NCBI GenBank assembly: GCA_918797485.1
Contig: CAKKNE010000004.1
Location: forward strand, 3,162,001 to 3,226,000
Reading direction: 5' to 3'
Length of the DNA: 64,000 nt
Origin: Pelagomonas calceolata
Taxonomy: Eukaryota
Part shown: in pieces, positions 40,531 to 51,871 of the stretch
How positions within the stretch are numbered: the stretch's first letter is position 1
How the letters are laid out: each line of letters opens with the position of its first letter
Program-made: the position numbers and the translations under genes
Notes under the pieces: model-generated
The model's input: the letters and a program-made list of their open reading frames with translations, nothing else
What the model was told of the DNA's origin: nothing
Database searches by the model: none

Positions 40531-41065
40531 CTCTTCTCTTCACTCGTGGATAACTATGTGTTCTGATGGTGTAGCTGCCAGGTCCTCAGCGCGGTCACCC
40601 GCGCCCGCGTCCGACGTTTGGCCAGGGAACTTTCCAGCGGGGAGACTCGACGGCCATCCTCACGGGGCGCCGCCCGAAGCCCAGATCCGCCGAGTCTCCC
40701 CTGCAGTTCCACTCAGGCGTCGACGGGCGTCGGCCGCGGCCGCGAAAGAAAAATTTTCGCCGGAACTCCCCTCCGAGCCGGCGCACGCCGTCGGCGGGAC
40801 GAGCCTAGGCGATCCAGCGCCCGCCGGAGACGTCCTCCGCGGCGGCGTAAGCTACTAGCCAGAGCGCCGGTGGCAAAAGCTCGAGCGGAGCCGAAGCAGA
40901 GCGTGCCAGCCCGATACGGCGACCGCGTGTCCGGGCGACCGCAGCCGTCCGCAAGAGCCCGCCGGTCGGCCCGCGGCGAACTCTGGCCGGCAAGCTAAGG
41001 GGCAGCCCCAGCGCCGTCGAGCAGCAGGTCCACCACCGGCGACAAAGAAACGGCGGCGCGGGACG

Positions 41066-43336
41066 ATGCCCCCCCTCCAGACGCCCGTACGACAGGAGAG
41101 CAAGGAGGACATCGAGAGGGAATCAGATAAAAAACTGAGTCGCGAGCAGACGGAGCGGATGCTCGTCGACGTGAGAAAGCGCGTCCGGAAGCAAAAGGCC
41201 AAGACCTGGACCATCGATCCCGTGAGATGTAGGGAGGCGCAGTGGTGGGACGCCGTCATTTGTTTAGCGTTAGTTTATACCGCTCTGGTACCCCCAGCAG
41301 AAGTCGCGTTCACGCCACCGCAGAAGAAAGTCAAAGTCAATGCCCTGTTCTGCATCAACCAGGTGGTCAACTTCGTGTTTTTTGCGGACATGATCTTGCA
41401 GTTCTTCCTGCATGTCCAACTCCCGAAGCACAAAGGCGGCGTCTGGATAAGGAACCACAAGAAAATAATAAAAAGGTACCTGAAAGGGGCATTTTTTGTG
41501 GACTTTGTGTCGATCATACCTTTTTCTGCTCTGACCTTTACGGGCATCAAGATTTTCAACAACCTCCAGATGGCTCGACTGTTACGTTTATTGAGGCTCA
41601 TGAAACTACTGAGGATGTTCCGCGGGAGTCGCTTGATCATGCGCTATAGAGCAAGCATGACTCTCAGCATAACGGGAGCGAATTTGATAGGGTTTATCAT
41701 ATTTACGGTGTTAGCTTCCCATTGGTTGGCGTGCACGTGGGGGTTCTTGGGCAATCAAATAGGACGCGATAGAAACTCGTGGATGGCTCCGTTCTTAGAA
41801 CCGGACTACTTGAAGGGAAAAGCGGAGGACGAGGAGTGGTTCTCGCCGAGTGGCTTACCGGTACCGTGGGACGTGCAAAACCCGCAGATCCAGTACCTGA
41901 TGTGCTTGTACTTTACATTGACCACATTGACGACTGTTGGTTATGGCGATGTCCACGCTCGGAATGTGGCTGAAAGGGCCGTTGTTTCCGTAATGATGCT
42001 CTGTGGGGGATTGATGTGGGCCTGGATCATCGGTGCCGTGACCCAAGCCGTCACGACGCTGGATGTCAAAAAAATACAGTACAACCAGATCTATGACCAG
42101 ATCAACTGGATGCTCTTGGATCTCGGGGTCGATGCGCGACTGTGTAGAGATTCTAGGGAGTTTTTGCTGAATAGCGTCGAAATTCAGCGAAGACTGGAGT
42201 ATTCGCGTCTCATACAACATCTCAGTCCAGATTTGAGATGCAAGGTCTGCGAGAACGTGTTCAGTCATAAATTGAACGTCGTACCTTACTTCCGACATAC
42301 GTCGCAGCTGTTAAGGCTGGGTATTTTTGAAAGATTGACCCATTTGTTGTTTGCACCCGACGAAGTCATTCTGAGGAGAAAGACCTTGATGATCATCGAG
42401 AATCATGGCTACATCGGCTGCCAGGGTCGGTTGTACATGCGGGGCCAGCCCGTGTTCCTCGACTTCCTGACGGCGGACGAGGATCCGCCGCCGCGCGCGT
42501 TAGCGTTGAAATTCACGGAGGTCTCGGCACTCACTAGATCCGCCTTAGACGCGGCCTGTGCGGACAACCCGAACGATACGTATCGGATCACCAAAGCTCG
42601 GGTCTACTACGGCTTATTGAAACTAGCGAGAGAAATAATAGCCTACTGCTCGGAGTTGGAAGGCTTATCCGCGAAGACGCACTGCGGGCGGAACTCGCGC
42701 AAGAGCATGGCGAAAAATGTGGCGCAACAGTTGGTGGCCCATGGGCACTCGCCGACGCAATTGCGGCGACTAGCCTCGCACAACAACCCGCGCAAGCGCT
42801 TCGGCAAGGCATGGGCCGTCAGTCTGCATCCCAGCGCTCAAGTGTCGGAGGCTGAGAGAGTTGACGCAGAGGAGTTCTCGCTCAGCGCGCCCTCTTCGGA
42901 TTTCGCGTCGGCGCTCGACGCGTTACGGAAGACGTCGTTGACCGAGGAGCAGGCGCGACTCGTGTCGCGATTAGCGGAAACTCTGGAACCGCCGAGGCCC
43001 GCGGGCCCCGACGCGGCGCAGATCTACATGGTCCCCGCGCGCGTTGCGGGTGGGGCTATTGTCCGGGAAGGTGTGGAACTCGACTCGCCGATCGTGGCGA
43101 CCTGCCCTCCCGGTACTGCTCTTACAATTACTGGAGAGGGCACCGCGGCCAACGGTACAGCTCGTTTGAGGGTGTCGCAACCAGTATCAGGCTGGGTCTC
43201 CACGAAGTCCGTGGACTTCGTCGCGCCGCCTCCCACACCGACTCTGAAAGCGGCGCCGTCGACGCCGCGGCGCCACTCGACGCCGCGGCGCGCGCGCGAG
43301 TCCGAGGGCCGGCCGTTCTCGCGCTGGCGCGCGTGA
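41066..43336 (+). CDS. Voltage-gated K+ channel of the CNBD (EAG/AKT-like) family with C-terminal SH3-like domain
   Basis: S4 RLLRLLRLMKLLRMFR, filter TTVGYGD, C-linker LSPDLR, degenerate CNBD, IVREGVELDS..GWVS. Confidence 0.9.
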   Translation: MPPLQTPVRQESKEDIERESDKKLSREQTERMLVDVRKRVRKQKAKTWTIDPVRCREAQWWDAVICLALVYTALVPPAEVAFTPPQKKVKVNALFCINQVVNFVFFADMILQFFLHVQLPKHKGGVWIRNHKKIIKRYLKGAFFVDFVSIIPFSALTFTGIKIFNNLQMARLLRLLRLMKLLRMFRGSRLIMRYRASMTLSITGANLIGFIIFTVLASHWLACTWGFLGNQIGRDRNSWMAPFLEPDYLKGKAEDEEWFSPSGLPVPWDVQNPQIQYLMCLYFTLTTLTTVGYGDVHARNVAERAVVSVMMLCGGLMWAWIIGAVTQAVTTLDVKKIQYNQIYDQINWMLLDLGVDARLCRDSREFLLNSVEIQRRLEYSRLIQHLSPDLRCKVCENVFSHKLNVVPYFRHTSQLLRLGIFERLTHLLFAPDEVILRRKTLMIIENHGYIGCQGRLYMRGQPVFLDFLTADEDPPPRALALKFTEVSALTRSALDAACADNPNDTYRITKARVYYGLLKLAREIIAYCSELEGLSAKTHCGRNSRKSMAKNVAQQLVAHGHSPTQLRRLASHNNPRKRFGKAWAVSLHPSAQVSEAERVDAEEFSLSAPSSDFASALDALRKTSLTEEQARLVSRLAETLEPPRPAGPDAAQIYMVPARVAGGAIVREGVELDSPIVATCPPGTALTITGEGTAANGTARLRVSQPVSGWVSTKSVDFVAPPPTPTLKAAPSTPRRHSTPRRARESEGRPFSRWRA

Positions 43337-43588
43337 GGTAAGCTTCTTTTGTGACCCTACTGGTCTGCTTTTTGCGCGGAGGCGGCCTTGTTTCATCGAG
43401 TCACTGCGCCATCAAAACGGGTTTTACAGCCTGCGCAATTTGCTCAGTACGCGCGTAGTGCTTGACCACGCACGTACACAGAGAAGGCGGCGGCGTCTCG
43501 TCACACTTATTACCCTATAAGGATACTGTAGCGTTGCCAATATATATGATCAGCCCAATTGGCAACTTTGCATATTGATTGATTTGCA

Positions 43589-44458
43589 ATGCCCCCCACA
43601 GTCGCGCGGTACGAACCGAGAGGGCTGTCCAAGCCCGCGATTTATACTTTTCTCGGCCTGGCATCGCTCCCACGTTTCCGAGGTCGCAGCGTTGATGGGC
43701 CTCGGGCGGCAAACCCGCTACGCCTACTCCCGCGGGAGATGGTGCTACATGTCGCGCGCTTTGCGTACCGCGCCGGGTATCACGCCCACTGGGTTCAGTT
43801 CGGCAGTGACGAGGAAATCGCGGTCGCGCTCGACGTCACGGATACCTCGCACGTTACAAGACTATCTTGTATGGTCTCGAGCAAAACCTACTACGTCGAA
43901 GTACGCTTCTCCTACGCCTGGTGGGGCATGGGCTTGGATATTCTTGCCCTGGCCGGGCTGGCCCAGCAGCCTGAGGGGCAGAGAAAATTTCGATTCATGC
44001 TCGAGCACAATGATGGAGTTGGCGGCCACGACAATGGCCATATCGCTGTCCTCGAGCGGAACGTTGATGATGATATGCTAGAAATGCCGTCGCTAGGCGT
44101 TGACTCCTGGTCGTACTGTCAGGATCCCGTCACGATGTCTGTTCTCGTTGACATGGTCCGAGGGTGCGTGACATTTGGTCTCAATGGTCTCGCCGGTCCC
44201 TGCGTTCGCTTTCCGGCGGACGACACGTGGCGGAGCGGTGTCCAGCTCGTTGCCCGAAACTTTCCCCTGCTTGCGCCAATGGACGGAGGTCGATCTCAGG
44301 GTCGATGCATTGTCTCGTGCGCAACTCCGCCGACCCCGCCTTCGATGCTGGCGGCGGCGAGCCATCCTAGGACTGTGGCGGAACATCTCGCCGCTGGTTC
44401 TTTGCGCACGCCCACCCCCCCGGTCGGCGGCGGAATTGATTGGGGCGGGGTAGACTAG
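43589..44458 (+). CDS. Hypothetical protein, possible SPRY/B30.2-like fold
   Basis: TYYVEV..MSVLVDMVRGCVTFGLNG. Confidence 0.5.
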   Translation: MPPTVARYEPRGLSKPAIYTFLGLASLPRFRGRSVDGPRAANPLRLLPREMVLHVARFAYRAGYHAHWVQFGSDEEIAVALDVTDTSHVTRLSCMVSSKTYYVEVRFSYAWWGMGLDILALAGLAQQPEGQRKFRFMLEHNDGVGGHDNGHIAVLERNVDDDMLEMPSLGVDSWSYCQDPVTMSVLVDMVRGCVTFGLNGLAGPCVRFPADDTWRSGVQLVARNFPLLAPMDGGRSQGRCIVSCATPPTPPSMLAAASHPRTVAEHLAAGSLRTPTPPVGGGIDWGGVD

Positions 44459-44556
44459 CGCCGGCCGGGTGGCTAGGCGGCCTAGCTCTATCTAAGCTAT
44501 CTAAACAAAGCAGACTAGAACTCCAAGTAAACAGCAACTCGTAGTCTTGTAAGTTC

Positions 44557-46266
44557 TTAGACGAGCTGCCGCGCGGGCACGCCCGGCGCGCCGACGTCGA
44601 AGCCCAGGTCCTCGGTCAACCTATCCCTCTTGGCTTTGACCTCGTCGCCCGTCTTCTTTAAAGCTTTCTTGGCGTTGCGTCTCGACATTTCCCGCGTCTT
44701 CCGGATTGACTCGCGGTACTCCCGTCGCTTCGCGTCGACCTGCTCCTGCAGCGTCAGCGCGGCCGCGGGCGCGGGCGCCGGCGCCGGCGCGCAGCCCGGT
44801 CCCGGTGCCACACCTTCACTTAAATAGATAGAGTCTTCGTCGAAGTTAGACGGCGCCGTACTCTCCACGGTAGACTGCAGACTCCCACAATCAGCTTTGG
44901 GCATGAAGCGTTTTCTATGAGCAATACTATCAGCGAGGACCTTGCGCTCCATCTCCTCGACGTAGGACTTCTCCCTCAGTAGATAGGTCAGGTGATCGGG
45001 CACCTTCGAGGGGTCCAGACCATTCACGATCGAGTCCGGTATCGTCACCTCGAGCTCGGCTCCGGCGCCGACGCCAGTAGTCTCCCACTTATCTGAAGGA
45101 CCTTTGGCATCAAACACCTTCCGGGGCCACCGATGGCCCGGTAGGGGCTTGCCCCCCGTCCGCAGCGCGTGGCAGAACACCGTGTCCGGGAATCGCAGGT
45201 CGGCATCTTGGCGGTCCATGGGCAAGGGCGGCCTCCTCACGACCACTTTCCCGGGGTTCGGCGGGGCATTACGACGCATGAACGCCACAAATTCGTCGAC
45301 GGTAACATCACCACTTCTGTCAACATCAATCGCCTTCCACAGCCCTTGGACCCAACAAGTAGAAAACATTTTTTTCGTCAAATTCAAACAGGGATACCCT
45401 CCGCGAATACAGCCCAACAACTCCTCGTAGCCTAGTCTACCACTCCCATCGAGATCCAACATCACAAAAATCTTGTACCAGTTGAAGCGTTCCTCTTGTA
45501 AGGGGCCCTGCTGCGTCTGGAAGAACGTCTTTCGTTCGTGCCTTGTCTCTACCGCTAAATTCAAGCGATTCACCAACGCTTTCAACTGCTTATCGTCGTA
45601 GTCGTCCCAGCCTGCCAACACCAATAGGTACGTGGCGTTCTGGAACTCGGCAATAGTCACTTCTCCCGAATCGTCTTCGTCGACGAACGCCCAAAAATCT
45701 CTGAGCAATTGAGGATCCTCCTCGAGGCCCATCGCATAGACCGCGCCGTTAAATTCCCCGTAGTCGATGCGACCGCTCCCGTCGTCGTCGATCTCATTAA
45801 ACATGCGCTCCCAGTTGCCCCTTAATGTTGATACCGTACCCTCAGCTTTGCATCGCTCCTTGAACCGGTCGTTCATCCGGATCAGGAACTCCCTCAATTC
45901 CTTCAAGGGAGCCTTCTCGATCTTCTTGCGGCGTAGTTCTTCTCGACGCTTCTCTGCCGCTCGTAACTTACGGTTCAAGGCTCGCCGAATCGCGTGCTCC
46001 CACTCCATCAGACCAACTTGCCCGTCGCCGTCCTCATCTATCGCCTTGAGTGCCGGTTCTAAGCGTTCCGGATCCATCAGGTACTGCAGGTCCTCGTGGC
46101 CGCAGTTCTTCAGGAAGTGCTTCACCTTTTTGTTGTTCTTAATACCTTCGAGGATCTCGTCGCGATCCAAGCTTCCATTGAGGTCCGTGTCCATCATGTC
46201 AAAAACTTGTCTCGCTATATTTAAGAATGAGCCAGCATTCACGTAGCGGGGCTGGACCGGCGCCAT
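44557..46266 (-). CDS. Multi-EF-hand calcium-binding protein
   Basis: Six EF loops: DTDLNGSLDRDE, DEDGDGQVGLME, DDDGSGRIDYGE, DEDDSGEVTIAE, DLDGSGRLGYEE, DVDRSGDVTVDE. Confidence 0.9.
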   Translation of the reverse strand: MAPVQPRYVNAGSFLNIARQVFDMMDTDLNGSLDRDEILEGIKNNKKVKHFLKNCGHEDLQYLMDPERLEPALKAIDEDGDGQVGLMEWEHAIRRALNRKLRAAEKRREELRRKKIEKAPLKELREFLIRMNDRFKERCKAEGTVSTLRGNWERMFNEIDDDGSGRIDYGEFNGAVYAMGLEEDPQLLRDFWAFVDEDDSGEVTIAEFQNATYLLVLAGWDDYDDKQLKALVNRLNLAVETRHERKTFFQTQQGPLQEERFNWYKIFVMLDLDGSGRLGYEELLGCIRGGYPCLNLTKKMFSTCWVQGLWKAIDVDRSGDVTVDEFVAFMRRNAPPNPGKVVVRRPPLPMDRQDADLRFPDTVFCHALRTGGKPLPGHRWPRKVFDAKGPSDKWETTGVGAGAELEVTIPDSIVNGLDPSKVPDHLTYLLREKSYVEEMERKVLADSIAHRKRFMPKADCGSLQSTVESTAPSNFDEDSIYLSEGVAPGPGCAPAPAPAPAAALTLQEQVDAKRREYRESIRKTREMSRRNAKKALKKTGDEVKAKRDRLTEDLGFDVGAPGVPARQLV

Positions 46267-46793
46267 GGTGCTGCGCGTTTCTGGCTCCGTGCGTTATGGC
46301 GTCGCGCCCGGCGGAGTGGCGGCGCGCGCTCGGCGGCGGCTTAGGGCGTGTTAGTGGTGCTTGTTTGTGTGGCCGCGGCGCGTGCCGCTTTTTTGCTGCC
46401 CGACCCGCTTCTACGCAACTAGGGTGGTGTCTCGAGGCTGCCGGTGGCGCCGAACGTGGCTTTTGGCCGGCTTTCCCGCGCCAATTTGACAGCGCTGCTC
46501 TCCCTTGGGCAGCAGTTACGTGCGATCGATTTTGCGCCGTTTCGCCGCAGCGTATTGTCCAAGAGGTCTGTTCAGGCCTGGCTAGAGTCGTAGACCCATC
46601 ATCCCGGCATCTTCCAAACTCGACCTTGAGAGGGCTTGGCTATCGACGTGTGCGGCTTTGCGAGCTGCGTACGCCACTGCTGAAGCGCACCAGCTTTCGG
46701 TATCGCGTGCACACGTTCAGAGGGACCAACACTCTCAGTCTGCAAAGCAGCGCCGCGCGACGTTGTGTAGATAAAACAAGAAAGCTACCAGTC

Positions 46794-49025
46794 ATGGCCA
46801 AGCTCCTCATCGCGCTGCTGGCGGTAGCCACTGCCTACAACCCCATCCGCCCCGGCCGGACCGCGACGAAGCTCCACGCCGCGACGCTCGAGCGCGAAGC
46901 CAAAGTCGCGGAAGCTGTGGATGCCGAAGTCGACAAGTTAGTTGTTACTCCCGCGATCGAGAAAGCCGTCACCGAATTAGTAGACGAGGAGTGCGACGTC
47001 ATTGAGCCCGAGCCGGAATGCTTGGACGAGGAGAAGAAGGAGGAGACCAAAGGACTACTGAGGCGGCTCATGAGGTCGTCCGTAAGTGGCCCAACCGGCA
47101 AGTCGGCCACCGCCGCCGACATTATTGATGGGGAGATGCTCGAGAAGGGCTGGGAGAAGCGCGGTGGGCGCGGTTCTCTCAGAAGAAATTTGGAAGTGTG
47201 GAAGGCACTCGCGCGATGCGCGTTCAAGGTACTGAAGGCAAGAAAGGGGTCTTCGGAGGACAAGACGGCGGCGGCGACCTTCGCGCGCGATCGGTTGTTG
47301 ACGTTAGGCCCTACGTTCGTCAAACTAGGGCAAGTTTTGTCTACCAGAACGGACGTCCTGCCCGCGGAGTACATTGATGTGCTCAAGTCGCTGCAGGACG
47401 ACGTGCCCGCCTTTTCCGGGGAGCGCGCCGCGTCCATCGTCGCGAAGGAGCTCGGGGTGTCCTCTGTTGATGAGGTCTTCAGCGACTTCAGCAAAGAGCC
47501 GATCGCGGCCGCGTCGCTCGGCCAAGTCCATCTAGGAACCCTAAAGAAGAACGGCCAGAAGGTCGCCGTCAAGGTCCAGAGAGCTGGACTCAGGGAGCTC
47601 TTCGCGACCGATCTCAAAAACTTGAGAAAGTTGTGTGAGTTACTCGACTCCGTCGACCCTAAATCCGACGGCGCCGACCGGTCGTACATCGACGTGTTCG
47701 ACGAGTCCGAAAAACTGCTCTACGAAGAAATTGATTACTTAAATGAGGCGAAGAACGCCGACAGATTTAGGGAGCAGTTCAAGGACGACCCCCAGGTCCG
47801 CGTGCCGGAGATGATCTACGAGTATGTTATCTGTGTCCCCATTGCGACGCCGTCGACGCCTGCCGCGCCGCGGCGACGGCGTGGAGGTGGTGCGGATCTC
47901 CTACCGGCACGCCATCGCCGAGACATCCCGCGACCGAGAGCTCATTCTGTCACAACGCACAGGTACTCGACGCCCAAGGTCCTGACCATGGAATTTATTG
48001 AAAGTTTCAAGCTCACGGACATCGCAAGAGTGGAAAAGGAAGGCCTGGATAGGAAGGACCTGGCGAAGCGCGTCGCTGACACGTTTCTGTACCAGATTGT
48101 AGATACCGCCTACTTCCACTGCGACCCGCACCCGGGCAATTTGGCGGTCGACACGTCCGGCAACTTGGTGTATTATGATTTTGGGATGATGGACGAACTC
48201 TCACCGAACGTCAAGGCGGGGTTCAAGGAGTTCTGCTTCGCGCTGTTTGAAGGGGGGCCCATGATCGATGATATTCAATTAGGAGTGAAGGCGAAGCAGT
48301 TGGTGGATGCGGTCGAGACGGCGGGCGTGTTGGCGAAGGGCGCGGACCGATTGTCGTCCGAGCAATTGGCTCGGTATTTTATCAGAGCGTTCAAGGACAA
48401 GCAACTCGGCAAAGACAGAAGCGACGGGCCCGGCATCAAGTCGACGCTGGGCACGGAGTTGCAATCCTTGACCGAAAGCCAGGTGTTTAGATTCCCCTCA
48501 ACCTTCACATTTATCTTCCGAGCTATTGCGTCGATCGACGGCATCGGCAAGGGCCTGGACGAGGACTATGATCTCGGTGAATTCGCGCAGCCCTTCGTGA
48601 CGAAACTTATTGATAAAGTCAAGTACGGCGGCGACAATTCGAAGAAGTCCCTTGCGGTCTTCGGGAAAGCGACTGGGCTCAATGCGGAAGATGTCAATAC
48701 GGCACTCACCCAACCTAGGAAGATCGCTTACTTGGAGGAAACTATGAGAAGTATAGAGCAGGGCCAGCTGAAGATAAGGGTGCGTTCGCTGGAAAACGAG
48801 ATGGCGTTGACTCGTTTGGGTACGCAGTCGTCGGGCATGACGAATCTCCTGCTGTCGTCGTTGGTGCTGAACGTGGCTTCTGTGGCGAAATTGGCGCGCA
48901 TTCCTCAGCTTGGGCTCTTTGGTGTTGCTGGGTTGTTAGGCTTCTCCGGGCTTTCCAGTCTTCTGAAGCTGTCGGCGCTGGACAAGAAGGCGGCGAAGTA
49001 CACGTCGAAGGAGTTCAATTCCTAA
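46794..49025 (+). CDS. ABC1/UbiB atypical kinase (plastid ABC1K7/8-like); intron 47822-47962
   Basis: LGPTFVKLGQ, PIAAASLGQVH, VAVKVQR, EIDY, HCDPHPGN, YDFGMM; presequence MAKLLIALLAVATAY. Confidence 0.93.
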   Translation: MAKLLIALLAVATAYNPIRPGRTATKLHAATLEREAKVAEAVDAEVDKLVVTPAIEKAVTELVDEECDVIEPEPECLDEEKKEETKGLLRRLMRSSVSGPTGKSATAADIIDGEMLEKGWEKRGGRGSLRRNLEVWKALARCAFKVLKARKGSSEDKTAAATFARDRLLTLGPTFVKLGQVLSTRTDVLPAEYIDVLKSLQDDVPAFSGERAASIVAKELGVSSVDEVFSDFSKEPIAAASLGQVHLGTLKKNGQKVAVKVQRAGLRELFATDLKNLRKLCELLDSVDPKSDGADRSYIDVFDESEKLLYEEIDYLNEAKNADRFREQFKDDPQVRVPEMIYEYVICVPIATPSTPAAPRRRRGGGADLLPARHRRDIPRPRAHSVTTHRYSTPKVLTMEFIESFKLTDIARVEKEGLDRKDLAKRVADTFLYQIVDTAYFHCDPHPGNLAVDTSGNLVYYDFGMMDELSPNVKAGFKEFCFALFEGGPMIDDIQLGVKAKQLVDAVETAGVLAKGADRLSSEQLARYFIRAFKDKQLGKDRSDGPGIKSTLGTELQSLTESQVFRFPSTFTFIFRAIASIDGIGKGLDEDYDLGEFAQPFVTKLIDKVKYGGDNSKKSLAVFGKATGLNAEDVNTALTQPRKIAYLEETMRSIEQGQLKIRVRSLENEMALTRLGTQSSGMTNLLLSSLVLNVASVAKLARIPQLGLFGVAGLLGFSGLSSLLKLSALDKKAAKYTSKEFNS
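47822..47962 (+). mobile_element. In-frame intron (141 nt), degenerate introner
   Basis: GT...gcacAG; 47 non-homologous codons between YE and YSTPKVL; ctgtgt near the 5' end and a cacgccatcg core. Confidence 0.75.
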
Positions 49026-49250
49026 GTTGATTGAAATTCGTTTTCCGGGGGGGGCGCGGCGGCGGCGGCGGCGTCTGGTGGTCGTGCTTGTGTGGCGCTA
49101 GGACTAGTGGGGGACACCGCGCTGCCGGTTCATGAGATCCGGCGCGAGCAGCGGCTTTCATAACGGCATACTTTCCGTGCCTGGACAATTGATTGTTACG
49201 GTGCTAGAACTAGTGGCGGAGCCCCGGGGGGAGACCGCTACCTGAAAATA

Positions 49251-49274
49251 CTAGTATCTCATTGTTGCGCTAGC
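49251..49274 (-). promoter_or_regulatory. Recurrent intergenic motif, degenerate copy
   Basis: ctagtatctcattgttgcgctagc. Confidence 0.35.
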
Positions 49275-49499
49275 AGCCAAAAAGTTTCGTGACGATTTTG
49301 TGCCTGGTAACTGGGGTAGGGTATAGACTGGGCCGAACAACGCTTTGTACCGCTCGCCGCTGTCGCCGTGGCCCGCTCGCCGTTGTTCTTGCGGCGCCGG
49401 ATTGTATTCCGCGGCTCCACGGCAGCAGCCCAGGCAGGAGAAATCTACGCGTGTCGGGAACGCCAGCCGGCGCGGCGGCTCCAAAACAGTCATTAAACC

Positions 49500-51407
49500 A
49501 TGCTGCGCTGGACACTCATCCTCCAAACGGCACAAGCGGCCACGTACCTCCCCGGCGTCGCGCCTAGGAGCTACAGCCCCGAGGACAGTCTCAAACTCTA
49601 CGTGAACAAGCTCACGAGCACGCACACGCAGATTCCCTACGACTACTACTCGCTCCCCTTCTGCCATCCTAGAATCAAGCAGGTGTCAGAAAATATTGGA
49701 GAGAAGCTCGCGGGGGATAAGATCGAGAACTCGCTCTACAAGTTATCCGTACTGAAGAACCAGCCCTGCAAGATCGTGTGTCGGAAGAAGGTGACGAAGA
49801 TCGGGGCGAAGCGGTTCGCGCGAGCGATCGATGACGACTATAGGGTCCATTGGATCGTCGACAATTTACCGGCGTCGACGTTGTTGACGAATAAGGTGGA
49901 TCCCACGCGGCCGTATCATGTCAGGGGCTTTCCCGTCGGTTTCCGGCAGGAGGACGAGTCGGGAAAAACTCAACATTTCCTGTTCAATCACGTTAAAATT
50001 GTAGTGTCAGTACACAGGGCGGTCGAGCGATCTACGGAGGAAGATGAGCGAGTACGTGTAGTAGGATTCAGAGTGGAACCCTACTCCATCAAGCACGTCT
50101 ATGATGAGAACATACCGTTCAGTACCAAAGAAACGCAACTCAATACGTGCTCCGCGCAACGACCGGCGCGGAACGACCCTACCAATTACCAACGGATTGA
50201 TGGCTCAACAGAGGTAGTATTCACGTACGACGTGGAGTGGGAGGACAGCGCGACGCCCTGGGCCCACCGGTGGGACGTATTTTTACAGGGCAATCCGGAC
50301 GACAAGATCCACTGGTTCTCGATCACGAACAGCACGATGATCGTCGTCTTCCTGACGGTCATGGTCGCCATGATTTTGGTGCGGACTCTATCGCAGGACA
50401 TCGCCCACTATAATGATGCTGCTTTGCTCGATGAGGCGAAGGAAGAATCGGGCTGGAAATTGGTTCATGCTGACGTGTTCAGACCGCCTTCATTTAGCCC
50501 CATGTTATTTTCGGTCTGCATTGGATCTGGGGTGCAATTAGGATGCATGGTCTTGCTTACGTTGACCTTCGCGCTGTTCGGGTTTCTGTCACCGGCCAAC
50601 CGAGGGTCACTCATCACCGCGTTATTGATGCTCTACGTCTTCGCGGGCGGCGCGGGCGGCCACGCGGCAGCCAGACTCTACAAGTCATTTAGGGGCACGG
50701 ACTGGATGCTCAACACACTGTTGACAGCAACTCTGGTGCCGGGCTTCACGTTCGCATGCTTCCTCGTCATAGACATCTCGCTCCTCAGTGTCGGAAGTTC
50801 GGGAGCCGTGCCCGTCTCGACACTACTGACACTAGTGGTCCTGTGGTTCGGCGTGTCTGTACCTCTTGTCTTTTTGGGTGCATATGTTGGATTTAAGAAG
50901 GATGTAGCACCAAACCCCGTGCGGACGAACCAGATCCCGCGCCTCGTGCCGCCGCAGCCCTGGTACATGCACCCCGCCCTTACTACCATTTTTGGAGGTA
51001 TCCTACCATTTGGGGCTGTCTCGGTCGAATTATTTTTCGTGATGAGCGCGATCTGGCTCCACCAGATCTACTACATCTTTGGATTTTTATTCTTAGTAAG
51101 CATGATCCTCGTGGCGACGTGTGCGGAAATTACGATACTCCTTTGCTACTTCCAGTTGTGTAACGAGGACTACGCGTGGTGGTGGCGTAGCGTCATGAGT
51201 TCGGGCGCGTGTGCCGGCTACGTCTTCTTGTATGCGGTCTGGTACTTCATCTCTGAATTGGAGATCACTGGAGGGGTCCCGTCGACGCTCTACTTCGGGT
51301 ACATGACGCTCGTCAGCGGCATCTTCTTTTTAGTGACCGGCACGATCGGCTTCTACGCTTGTTTATGGTTCGTGAACAAGATCTATGGAAGCATCAAGGT
51401 GGACTAG
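49500..51407 (+). CDS. Transmembrane 9 superfamily protein (TM9SF2/4-like)
   Basis: YLPGVAP, PYDYYSLPFC, IHWFSITNS, EESGWKLVHADVFRPP, PVRTNQIPR, C-terminal IKVD. Confidence 0.96.
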   Translation: MLRWTLILQTAQAATYLPGVAPRSYSPEDSLKLYVNKLTSTHTQIPYDYYSLPFCHPRIKQVSENIGEKLAGDKIENSLYKLSVLKNQPCKIVCRKKVTKIGAKRFARAIDDDYRVHWIVDNLPASTLLTNKVDPTRPYHVRGFPVGFRQEDESGKTQHFLFNHVKIVVSVHRAVERSTEEDERVRVVGFRVEPYSIKHVYDENIPFSTKETQLNTCSAQRPARNDPTNYQRIDGSTEVVFTYDVEWEDSATPWAHRWDVFLQGNPDDKIHWFSITNSTMIVVFLTVMVAMILVRTLSQDIAHYNDAALLDEAKEESGWKLVHADVFRPPSFSPMLFSVCIGSGVQLGCMVLLTLTFALFGFLSPANRGSLITALLMLYVFAGGAGGHAAARLYKSFRGTDWMLNTLLTATLVPGFTFACFLVIDISLLSVGSSGAVPVSTLLTLVVLWFGVSVPLVFLGAYVGFKKDVAPNPVRTNQIPRLVPPQPWYMHPALTTIFGGILPFGAVSVELFFVMSAIWLHQIYYIFGFLFLVSMILVATCAEITILLCYFQLCNEDYAWWWRSVMSSGACAGYVFLYAVWYFISELEITGGVPSTLYFGYMTLVSGIFFLVTGTIGFYACLWFVNKIYGSIKVD

Positions 51408-51871
51408 GTCCCCTTCCCTTTTTTGCCCCGGGTAAGCTTGGGTACACAGTCACTAGTAGTTAGGGGCGCGGCGCGTCGAAGGCGCGTAGGCCCGTCGCGT
51501 CGATGGCGTAGAAGACGCGGCACTGATGCTACCGAAACACCGGCGGCCCACCGATCGTGAAGCCGTCGTAGCCCTGAAACCGAGCGCCGACGCCTTGATC
51601 GTCTTCCCCGATTTCGGGGTCAATGCACGGCACCATTTGGTCCGCTTCACGCTTCTTGAGTCGATCTGCGCAGCCCGCGTCGTCTCGTTTGTACCGCTCG
51701 GAGTCCGTCATCGAAATTTGTGAGGTTTGTGCCTCGACTTTCCGCTTCTTCACGACGGGCGCGTCGCACAACGGGATCTCGCCGTCACTGCTGTCGGAAT
51801 CGGAACCGTCGTCGGCCGGCGCTGGCGCAGGCGCCGGCGCCGCAGCGTCTTCGTCGACGGGTTGGGCATCG

